A stretch of DNA of 64,000 bases, taken from positions 1,359,780 through 1,423,779 of the forward strand of contig JAHDYR010000012.1 of the NCBI GenBank assembly GCA_019828565.1, given 5' to 3'. Origin of the DNA: Carpediemonas membranifera BICM (lineage: Eukaryota > Protista > Fornicata). Numbering within the stretch: position 1 is the first letter of the stretch; every line of letters begins with the position of its first letter. This document shows positions 42,519 through 52,288 of this stretch, in pieces. The notes under the pieces are model-generated. The model worked only from the letters and a program-made list of their open reading frames with translations, ran no database searches and had not been told where the DNA came from. The translations under genes and the position numbers were made by a program.

Positions 42519-45500
42519 CGGTAAGGACTCGAAGGACTCGAAGAAACGATCCCATAAGCCTCCTGTTCGATGGTGGGCCATGTGTCTCTTGAGTGTTTCC
42601 CACGCTTCCTGCGCAAGGCTAGACTACCGCCAGGGCGTATCCTTTCGTGTGAGCCGAGTCAGGATGCCAGCTTGGGTGGGGAAAGCGGAACCCGCGTCGG
42701 CCGTCCGCAACGACGACGACGATCTGCACCGTCTCGTCAGGACGTTGGCCCAGCTCGACATACCGGCCAAGCCGTTCGCCCCCGGCCAGGCCCTTCTCAC
42801 AGTCCCGGCAGACGTCCTCGCAGCGCTTGGTTTCCCCCCGACGATCATCGAGCAGCTCGGCAACGGGGGCATCAGTCTTCCCGGGGCCAGCAGAGCGGCT
42901 GTCGATCCCGTGACTCCCCCCGAGGCCGTTGACGACGCCACAGCCGAGCTGGCTGACGAGCTCTTGGGTATGGAGGTCCTCGAGTGGGTGCCGGCCGACA
43001 CCCACACGGCCCAGCCAGCCAACCTCTGGGCGCTAGTGAAGCCCTCAGGCAGCCATCGTCCCATCACCGACATGAGGGACGCCAATTCCAAGCTGGACCT
43101 CTGGCCGATCAGCTTCGAACAGCTGCCGACCATCCTGGGGGATTCGTTTGCCTGGGGCTTCGGTGCCGACCTCGAGAAGGGCTACTACAACATCCCTCTC
43201 GACGAGGTCAGCCGCAACGCCTGTGTGGTCTGGGCACGCGACACGGACGGCAGCCCCCGTCTCGCCCGCTTCACCTGTCTGCCCTTGGGCGCAAGCCCTT
43301 CAGCCGCTGTCTTCACGGCCTGCTCAGAGCCACCCGTCCAGCTCTTGCGCAGAATCGGGTCGGCCCTGGCCCACTTCCTGGACGACTTTGCAGGCTTCGC
43401 GGCGACCGAGACCGACGCAGCGTCCCTCAGAGCTGCCACGATGAATCTCTTCCGCGCCCTCGGCTTCGGCATGGCCGAGCAGAAGTGTCCACCTCCGACG
43501 AGGCAGCTGATCCACCGCGGCTTCCGCTTCGACCTTGAAGCTAAGCGTCTCCACCTCCCAGACGCCAAGGTCGAGGCCTTCATCACCTGGGCCGACTCGA
43601 TCGGATCGAGCGTCCAATCGAAGGATCTTGAGACGTGGATCGGCAGGATCGAGGCCCTTGCCCCCGCCAACCCGGGCCTCAGGGAGGCCACGACCGTGCT
43701 ACGCAATGCATGGTTCGCCGCCACCACCCGTCAGTCGGGGGCGCCCAACCCCATGGTCGGCTTCGGGGCCGATCAGCTGGACGCTGTAACCGACATCAGG
43801 GAGGCAGTGTCAGAGAACCGAGGAGTGCCCTTCCGAGCGCGTGCAGTCTCAGCGATCTTCGCCACAGACGCCAGCTCGGTTGGCATCGGCGGCGTCAGCA
43901 TCGACGAGGACGGCACCGCAGTTGAGGCCTACAACACGCCCCGCGACCAGGCGGGCGACCTCATCGCACTCCCCGAGCTCGAGGCAGTCAAATCTGCCCT
44001 CGAGAGACTCACCCCTCACGACAACTCGACCGTAGTCCTGCTGGACAACACGGTCGCAGTGTCGTGCATTCGCAGGGGGTACACGGCCGCTGAGTCCCTC
44101 GAGGCGGTCACCAACGCCATCACCTCACTCGCCAAGCGACACGGCTGGGACCTGCGCCCACTGTACATCAGCTCGGAAGCCAACAGAATCGCTGACTGGC
44201 TCTCCCGCGAGCCCTGGAGTGAGGCCGCTAGCGTTGAGGGGACGAGGGTGTGGCTTCCCAAGCGGAACAGGGTCCTGGAAATCCCTGGCCGCATGCCGTG
44301 GGCTTGGCAGGACGTCGCCTCCAACCCAGTCCTTGCCCCCGACCCGTCCACGCTCGACCGCCAACGAGCTTACGCCGGCCGAGGTAGGTGGCTCCTTTCT
44401 TGGGCGAAGAAGTTCCAGCTGGCCGGCATCAGGGTCCCGCCCCAGGCCCCAGCTCCGGCGTCGCAACCCGAGGTTCCCGAGTCGGACCTGTCAGGCTACC
44501 CGTATCGGGGCCCAGACACCTGGGACACGGTCGGGACCCTAGAGGTTTTCTACGGCTCGAGCCCGGTCGTCATGCTCGCTGGCTCGGCTGTCGACCAGAT
44601 CGAGAACTGGCTGAGAACCCCGATCGCCATCAGACCCAAGGCGGTGTCGGCGAAGCTTGGCCGCTACGTCCCGTTCTTCTGGGCGGCCCTTCCCCTGGAG
44701 CGTGTCTCGTTGTCTGTGAACGACGGAGTTGCCACTCTCTCCTCAGGGTCGGCCCCATCGGAGGCCGCGGTTGGAGTCACCACCAAGAAGGTGGTCGAGC
44801 TCCTCCACAGCTGCCAGGTGGACGTAACCCCGAACGGCATGCTGGCATTAGCCCAAGCGGCGGACCCCCATGCCTCGGCCGAACTGTGGCAGAGAGCCCA
44901 AGCCGTCATGGAGCTGTTCGTCGACAACGCAGCTCGGACGCTGCAGTCGGCTCTACCGCGCTGGGTCCAGTTCTGCCAGCACCACGACTACGCTGTCAAC
45001 TCAGCCGACCCAGTTGCGATGCAGCAGTTCCGAGCATCGTCACGCCGGGAGCTGGGCGAGTCCACTATCTCGAAGTATTCCAACGTGCTCGAGAGACTCA
45101 CGTCGAGTCAAGCTTTGGCCACCATGGGACGCAGGTCCCAGGCTCAACGTGTGCAGGACGCGTCTCATGAGGCAACGAGGGCCCAGATCTTCACATGGGA
45201 CCAGATCAGGACGATCACGCACCTCATCCGCTCCCAACCGACGCTGACTCTTGAGGCTCGCGATGCTGCTCAGATCCTCTTCTGCCTGGTCACCGGGGCC
45301 CGCCCGAACGAGATGGCGTGGGCCGTAGGCGATATCCAACCGGTGGAGGAGCCCCCTGGGTTCACCGTCCAGATCCGCCAGACGAAGACTCGGGCTGCTA
45401 GCGAGGACGATGCCGACGTCCGAACGGCCTGGGTGCCCCTGCAGGCGTGGCCGCCCGAGATCGGTGCTGCCCTCCAACACTTCCTCTTCCTCCGCCGAGA

Positions 45501-46523
45501 GGCGGGCGGTACGACTCCGCTCCAGCTTGTGTTCCCTCGGGTTGGGAACGAAGAGCCTGTCCCACGCGATCGGATTGCCGCCCACATGACGGCCCGTCTC
45601 ACCTCGTGGTGCCACGAGGGCCTGTCATCGTATTCGTGCCGTCGGACCTTTGTCACCTGGCTTGCGAGCTGGGGATGGCCTCCCGAACAGGTTCAGGTGA
45701 TTATGGGATGGATAAGTGCGGACATGCCTCGTCGTTACATCGAGACAGGTTGTAGTCCGTTAGGGACAAGAAAGCTTTACAGGGAAAAGAGACGACACCA
45801 AATGTGTCGACAGAAACCTGAAGACGATGTAAATAATACAACTATGTAAATATTGGGTAAGACCCACGACACCGCCCCTCCATGGACCCCAAAGGGGCCA
45901 TGGCCTCAGGCGTATGCCACTCGAACGAATGTGCGATGAGGGACTTGACCAGTCCCGAGACCTCCGATGCCACTCATTGGTCTACGAGACTCTGTACCAT
46001 GGCAGGGTACAGGGTGAATGCCTTGTTCAAGTCGGGAGCCAGAATTAGCGGGGTGAATCTGAAAGATTCGGAAAATATCTGCGGATCTCAAAAATCCTAT
46101 CGTGGTACCACTTGTTAGCGCGCTGTGTAATTAGAATGATCTTACGTGAGGCATTCCGCCCCTCCACGGTCGTAAAACGGCCGTTTGAATATTGATTAGA
46201 TCAAATGAGCGCCTAAAACTGCTCACTGTGATGATCTTTGTGTTTCTCTTGGTATGTACTTCACGTCGCCGTCCTTATTACATAGAGATCGAAAAACGTC
46301 ATTAGAAGCCTCAATTCGGCTTCGTTCGCGAGTTCTCGCGTTTTTTTGCTCTCGACGGTGCGACGTTCTCTCTCGCGGCTGCAAAAGGCCGCGTTCATCC
46401 TTAATAACATCAATCGGGCTTGAATTAGCCGTAAAACAGTGTCTTTCAGGTTCCATTGAGGTTGGTTGCTACTTCTTTCGAGTTGTTGTTTTCTCAGTGA
46501 AAACGGGAAGTGACGAACGAGCA

Positions 46524-47772
46524 ATGTCCGACGTACGTGAGCAGATTACGCAGATGCTGGCGCTATTTGATGAGGAGAAAGCCCGAAAGGCCTTCAAACG
46601 CTTCTTGAACCGCTATCTCGATCGTGCCCGTTTTTTTCAACTCAGCCAGCGACTACCACGCTTTGTTCAGCGCACCTGCTCCTACAAACGTGACATCTAT
46701 CCGGGACACCTCTACTGAGAGCGTTACGAGTGCTCCGGTCACTTCTTGTGTGCGTTCGCCGACGCCGGGCGGTGACGAAAGCCCGGAGGAGGCTGAGACG
46801 GTGAGTTGTGATGCTGGCTCTCCACGTGAGAACCGTGGTGACTCGTGCGAGGCCGAGACCGCTCGTAGCGATGATGAATCCCGGCCGACGGGTCACGGCG
46901 ACTCGGGGTCGGGGAGTGAGGAAACCGAGGTCTCGCCGCTCTTCTCTCTGGAGGAGATGATCACCGCTGTTGCCGCAGAGGGCGTGAGTTACATCACTCT
47001 AGACATGTCTGGTACCTTGCGGGCGCTCCGCGCCGGGATGCTCAACTCATATGGGCATCTCGCCGCAACGGAGAACTCTTCTTCCGTTGCGCGTGACATC
47101 TGTCGCGATGGTCTCGTGTTGCTGGCGCTATCGCGCGAGTACCACACTCGGGCTATGTGTGGTCGGCCTGGCGATCCCACCGATCAGGATCTGGTGGCTT
47201 TGCACCTCTGCCGCCTCGACGCGACCTCGCGTACGCTCTGTCATCAGGGTTTGCGCGAGCGTATTCAGCTTCTCTCGGGGCGTGGTTACACCGTCATGAC
47301 CCCTCATCTGCGCCGCGCCATAATGTTAGGTAATGACCCAGACCTGTATGACATGATGGTCGTGGGCCATGCGCAGGGCATCCTAGACGCTGCTGACGTG
47401 CGAGAGTTCAGCCGCCAATACATTGAAGCAATCCGGACCCCCACTGGTTTCGGTCATGTGCGCCACTCTTTGATGGACAACTTCCTGTTCGATGTCCCCA
47501 GCAATGACGTCCTGCCCGTCGCGCTCGATCATAACGAGCCACGTCGTGTGTATGTGCTTGAGGCAATCGTTGGCCACCATCTGCATGAGAATTCCCTGCG
47601 TCTGCTCGTGCACTATGCTCGACGCGAGTACAGCTCGATTATCCTGGCAACCGAGGCAATCCGTGATAGTCAGGCTGGGGTCAAGTTCTTTGCTGCTCAT
47701 CCCGAGCTAGTTCGCTATTGTACCCGGTCTGAGGACGCGAACGGTGCTCTCAGCGGGGGTGTTTTGGAGTGA
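46524..47772 (+). CDS. Antisense accessory ORF inside element D with a C-terminal chromo/chromo-shadow-like domain; frame break near 46624-46645
   Basis: ATG 46524 (MSDVREQITQML) lies in a different frame from the 382-codon ORF. The C-terminus reads YVLEAIVGHH..LRLLVHY..IILATEAIRDSQAGVKFF. Confidence 0.6.
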
Positions 47773-47805
47773 GATAAAGGTTTGGATTGAGTAGCTGCTG
47801 AAGGT

Positions 47806-50800
47806 TTACAGACCGGCTCGCTTGGCCTCGTCTGACTTCAGGAATATGTCTAGCGCCTCTAGGTCCTTGACTGACGAATAGTCTTGCCACGTAGCCTCTT
47901 CGTCTTCGCACCCAGCCCAATGGACGAGGTATTCCCGCTTGGACATCGGGCCTCGACCTCGAGATCGACTGATTCGCTCAACTTCCCACTCGTCGTCAGC
48001 CGTGGCTGCGAGTGCTTTGATCTGATCTTCTGTCAGCCTGCCGGGATTGAACTTCCGAACTCTCGATGCGTCTACCGTGATCGCTTTCGAGTTGTCCTTC
48101 TCAGCTAGGTCTAAAACCTTATACGCGACAACGACACCGTGTTGTTTCACTCCGGCGAGCCTTCGCATTGGCCCTCTCCATCCAGGTGACAACTTGTTCG
48201 GTGGTCTAGAGGGGTACTTGACTAGGACGAACCTGCTAATAATCTCATTCCTCGAGGCAGTAGCCTTTGCGAGGGCGTCCTCTCTCATCGCCTGGACTCG
48301 GCTGCTGGCGAGTTGGACAGCCGCTGCGGCCGCTTCCCTGTGAGACTCACTCGCGCTCGCTGTACTAGAATCAGTCACATACACGTTCTGTGGTATTCTC
48401 AGGTCGTACCCGAGAACTATCTCGGCTGGTGACAGGCGTGTAGACGTGCGCGGGGATGAATTAACGATGAACTGGGCGACAGGTAGATTCTCGATCCAGG
48501 TTGACCCTCTGAGCTGAAACTTACGCGCCTTGAGGATGCGTAATACTTGCTGGTTGGCGCGCTCTACCATCCCATTGGATTGCGGGTGGTGAGCCGTGGT
48601 AATATGGATCTTGAACCCCATCTCATCTGCGATGCGCTTGAAGAGTTGGTTCTTGAACTCTGGTCCTCCGTCGGATTGGAGAACCTCAGGGCACCCGAAA
48701 CGCAATATCCAGTTGTTGACCAGGGCGTCCGCTGCTGCCGCGCCGGTGGTACTCGAAGATGCGACTAGCTCAGTCCACCGACTGCACATGTCGATCATGA
48801 CTGTGATGTAAGCCTTGCCGTCGACGGAGGGGAAAGGCCCCATCGTGTCAACTGCCACCCTACGGAACGGGCGATCTACGGCTGTGTGCAATCCTGACGG
48901 GCTGTCAACCGGAGGGCGTCTAATCACCTGGCACACCGGGCAGTTTTCGATGACCTTGCTGACAGTCTCACGTGATACTGACTTGCCTTGGTCCTTGAGT
49001 CGTTCAGTAACTACACGTCGGGAGAGGTGGGCCCCGGCGGTGAGGTGTTCTGCTTCAACGTCATCTTCTGATGCGGACTGCATAACGTACACTCGCGATA
49101 AGCCGTCTGCCCCACCGTTATCAAGGCCAGCGACGTGCTTGACGTCGAAGTCCATGTCGGACATAGCCTCAGCCCATCTGCGGACCTTGGCGTTAGTCGA
49201 CTTGTACATGTAAATCAGGTTGCGATGGTCCGTGAGAAGGGTGAACTTTCCCCAGGAGAGGTACTTGTTCCATCGCTTAATGGCGGCGACGATGGCGAAT
49301 GCCTCCTTCTCTCCGACCGACCATCGCGATTGCACTTGGTCAAAGGCCTTGCTCATAAAGCACACGGGTTGGCCTTCCTGCAATAGCACAGCGCCGTAGC
49401 CAACTCCTGACGCGTCGGTCATGATGGTGTGTTCCTTGGACGCATCGAAGATGGCGAGTGCTTCTGCTTGGGCGAGGAGTGTCTTGACTTTGCGTAGGGC
49501 TTGCTCTTGCTCGTCGCCACCCAGCGGGATCTTGGAGGCCATCGCTTGAGTTAAGGGGTGTACTACTTCTGCGAAACCAGGGACATGATCCCGGAAATAG
49601 TTAAGAAATCCGACGAGCGCTTGCATTCCCTTGACCGACTTAGGCATTTCGAGATCCAGGATGTCTTGAATGCGGTCCGCTGCGATGCGTTGACAGCCAT
49701 GGGATATGACCCTGCCCAGGAACTCGACCTCGGCCCTCGAAAACTGGCACTTGTCACGGTTGAGTTGTAACTTGATCTGTCTAGTACGCTGCAGCACGCT
49801 CTCCAGGTTCTTGAGGTAATCCTCCTCGTTTTCCCCGAAGACAATGATATCGTCGATATAGATATAACAGGCGTGACCAACCAGTTCGGCGAAAGCCGAC
49901 TCCATGGCACGCTGAAAGTGAGCTCCTGCGTTCCTTAGCCCGAAGGGCATCCTAGTGTATTGATATTGACCTAGAATGGTGGTGAACGCAGTGTACTTGC
50001 GGCAGCGTTTGGTCAGTTCGACCTGGTGATAACCCGACGACAGGTCTAGTGTGGCGAAGATCTTCTTGTTGGGTAGTTGGGCGATCACCTCGTCGATCAT
50101 TGGGATCGGGTAGTCGAAAGTGGGGGTGATCTCGTTGATCTGCCGGAAATCCACGACGAAGCGCGACTTCCCGCCCTTCTTCGGCACCGTCATGGCCGGG
50201 GATGCGTACGGTGAGTTGCTTCTCTCGATAAACCCCTTCAAGGACAGCTCGTCGATGTGCTCCCGTATTATGTCGACCTTGGCTGGTGGGACGAAGTATG
50301 GTCTGGCGTTGACCACTCGGTCCTCGCGTAGGATGAGGTCATACGGCTCGAGGCGGCTGGGTTCGCTACGGTCCTCGAACACGTCGCTATAACGTCTGAT
50401 GAGCTCGCCCTGCCGGTCGATGCTGGTCTGCGACAAAGAAAACAATGGTGCCTGATACTTGTACACGTCCGGAATCTCGATCTCGTCATCATCTTGCTCG
50501 TCTGTGTAGGCTTGGGGAAGGATTCCCAGTGCTACCATGTCTGGATATCCGATAATCATGTCGAACTCAGTGTCAAGTAGCAGCATACGTGGCTTGTAGG
50601 AGCACGCCTTGGGTGTAAACGCTGACGCTAGCAGTCTTACGTCGCCTTCAACAGCGCCTTGCGCGTGAAGAATACCCTTGTTGGCGGTACGGATCGGAAT
50701 AACCTCGGAGCTAACTTTTGTCAGCTTGGACGCCCACGTGCTCTTGATGATCGTGACTCCGGCACCTGAATCAAGTAGAGCAGTGAGGTTGTGACCATTA

Positions 50801-51756
50801 ATCTGGACTTTGATCAAGGGAACAGATGGCTTAGTCTCGGTCTCGCCCTTAGTCTTTGACGGTTCGCCCTCGGCCGGTGACTCCTTGGAACTTAAAACAC
50901 ACACGCACTTGGAGGATTTACAGTAATCCTCCAGGTGGCCGACACGACCACACTTCTTACATGTGTGCTTGGGCTTCTTACACTTGAACACCGAGTGACC
51001 CTTGCCACCGCAGTTATAGCAGGTGTAGTTAGAGTAGTCCTTTGCCGGCTTCTCCTTCTTGATTGCCTTGTGGCCCTTGTTGGTTTCAGCCGACCGGTTA
51101 TCGGACGAGGGCTTCTTCGGGATCACAGACGAGTCGTGTCTGCGGTCATGGCGGGACGTGTAGGGTTGACGAGAGGGAGCGTCTTCGAAAGCGCTTAGTA
51201 GATCCCGTGACTCTTGGACTTCACGTGCTAGGGCTAGGACGGCGGGCATAGCCTTTTCCAGAGGCTGGTCCTCGATGAGCTCTTGGATGCGGTACATGGC
51301 CTTGGGGTTGCTCTTAAAGGCACGCGTATACGCCTCCTTGAGGTTGTCCTCGTTGAGGGACTTCCCATCGAACAGGGACAAGAGGAGAGTGAACTTCCGA
51401 TTGACGCGTGCGACCTGTACCGTGTCGAAGCTGTTGGCTCTTAGACGGAACAGCTGGAGGCGTGAGGTCTTGGTTCTGGGTTGCAGGGCTTGTCCGAGCC
51501 GCTTGAGAGTTCTCTGATCCTTCAGATCGCGGATGTTCTTCCTTGAGGCTACTAGGGGAGTGTGATCGTCGTCTTCGTCCTGCGTAGTGGATAGGATCGT
51601 GGCAATGAGGTCTTGTACCGAGCTATCAATCAAGTCTGAGATATCCCGATGGCCTCCGTAAGCGCGATAGTCGCGGAAGGCCTCGGCGAAAGTGATGAGA
51701 GCCTCAACTGACGGAACCGTTAGTAGAGGAGGTATAAGGCGTTTCTTATCGTTCAT
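47806..51756 (-). CDS. Gag-Pol polyprotein of element D (1316 aa, intact)
   Basis: Two CCHC knuckles, LDSGA, MPFGL..YIDD, TDASG, HHCC, DTMGP/SDGG/VERAN, chromodomain. Confidence 0.96.
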   Translation of the reverse strand: MNDKKRLIPPLLTVPSVEALITFAEAFRDYRAYGGHRDISDLIDSSVQDLIATILSTTQDEDDDHTPLVASRKNIRDLKDQRTLKRLGQALQPRTKTSRLQLFRLRANSFDTVQVARVNRKFTLLLSLFDGKSLNEDNLKEAYTRAFKSNPKAMYRIQELIEDQPLEKAMPAVLALAREVQESRDLLSAFEDAPSRQPYTSRHDRRHDSSVIPKKPSSDNRSAETNKGHKAIKKEKPAKDYSNYTCYNCGGKGHSVFKCKKPKHTCKKCGRVGHLEDYCKSSKCVCVLSSKESPAEGEPSKTKGETETKPSVPLIKVQINGHNLTALLDSGAGVTIIKSTWASKLTKVSSEVIPIRTANKGILHAQGAVEGDVRLLASAFTPKACSYKPRMLLLDTEFDMIIGYPDMVALGILPQAYTDEQDDDEIEIPDVYKYQAPLFSLSQTSIDRQGELIRRYSDVFEDRSEPSRLEPYDLILREDRVVNARPYFVPPAKVDIIREHIDELSLKGFIERSNSPYASPAMTVPKKGGKSRFVVDFRQINEITPTFDYPIPMIDEVIAQLPNKKIFATLDLSSGYHQVELTKRCRKYTAFTTILGQYQYTRMPFGLRNAGAHFQRAMESAFAELVGHACYIYIDDIIVFGENEEDYLKNLESVLQRTRQIKLQLNRDKCQFSRAEVEFLGRVISHGCQRIAADRIQDILDLEMPKSVKGMQALVGFLNYFRDHVPGFAEVVHPLTQAMASKIPLGGDEQEQALRKVKTLLAQAEALAIFDASKEHTIMTDASGVGYGAVLLQEGQPVCFMSKAFDQVQSRWSVGEKEAFAIVAAIKRWNKYLSWGKFTLLTDHRNLIYMYKSTNAKVRRWAEAMSDMDFDVKHVAGLDNGGADGLSRVYVMQSASEDDVEAEHLTAGAHLSRRVVTERLKDQGKSVSRETVSKVIENCPVCQVIRRPPVDSPSGLHTAVDRPFRRVAVDTMGPFPSVDGKAYITVMIDMCSRWTELVASSSTTGAAAADALVNNWILRFGCPEVLQSDGGPEFKNQLFKRIADEMGFKIHITTAHHPQSNGMVERANQQVLRILKARKFQLRGSTWIENLPVAQFIVNSSPRTSTRLSPAEIVLGYDLRIPQNVYVTDSSTASASESHREAAAAAVQLASSRVQAMREDALAKATASRNEIISRFVLVKYPSRPPNKLSPGWRGPMRRLAGVKQHGVVVAYKVLDLAEKDNSKAITVDASRVRKFNPGRLTEDQIKALAATADDEWEVERISRSRGRGPMSKREYLVHWAGCEDEEATWQDYSSVKDLEALDIFLKSDEAKRAGL

Positions 51757-52288
51757 GGCTTGAATTTCTAGAAATGTAGTCCGTTAGGGACAAGAACACT
51801 TTATGAGGAAAAGAGACGACACCAAATGTGTCGACAGAAACCTGAAGACGATGTAAATAATACAACTATGTAAATATTGGGTAAGACCCACGACAAGGTG
51901 TGGATCTCAGCTCTCTGCACGGCTCGCTGCGGTGGTCGCTCGAACACTTCCAATAAGCACCCGCGAACGGGATTAACGGCATCGGGATGGTATTGGGCCC
52001 GCGACGGCTTCCCTAGCTCCGTCGCGCCTGCTGCCACGACACGATGTGGATCACGGCACTCCTATACGCGAATCTCACGATCCCTAATTCGATCCGTTAA
52101 ATTCCCGAGTCTTCAGCATGAACATACACGTACCAGGCCAGAAGCCTAATAGCATACCCACATTACCGCGGTGTGCTTGAAAATGGCACTTAGAGGCTTC
52201 AAAGCGGCTTCTACGCCGAGATACACCCATTCCGCTTCCCCCATGCGAGTTGTTGGCTCGTAGCCGTTGAAACTGCTCGCATCGGTCA

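Larger units (their letters stand above)
45751..51895 (-). mobile_element. Chromodomain Gypsy element D (6145 bp), 121-bp LTRs (45751-45871, 51775-51895), TSD AGGT
   Basis: Near-identical TG..CA LTRs with a few clustered mismatches; PPT GGAGGGGCGG; AGGT on both flanks. Confidence 0.94.
42520..51956 (+). mobile_element. Tyrosine-recombinase (DIRS/Ngaro-type) retrotransposon with RT-RNaseH-YR in one frame; interrupted by element D at 45751-51895
   Basis: ADLEKGYYNI, LPLGASPS and HFLDD (RT); ATDASSVGIGG, LLDNTVAV and NRIADWLSR (RNase H); TGARPNE, SSYSCRR and MGW..MPRRY (YR). Removing D restores ..YIETGVDLSSLHGSLRWSLEHFQ* ending at 51956. Confidence 0.88.
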
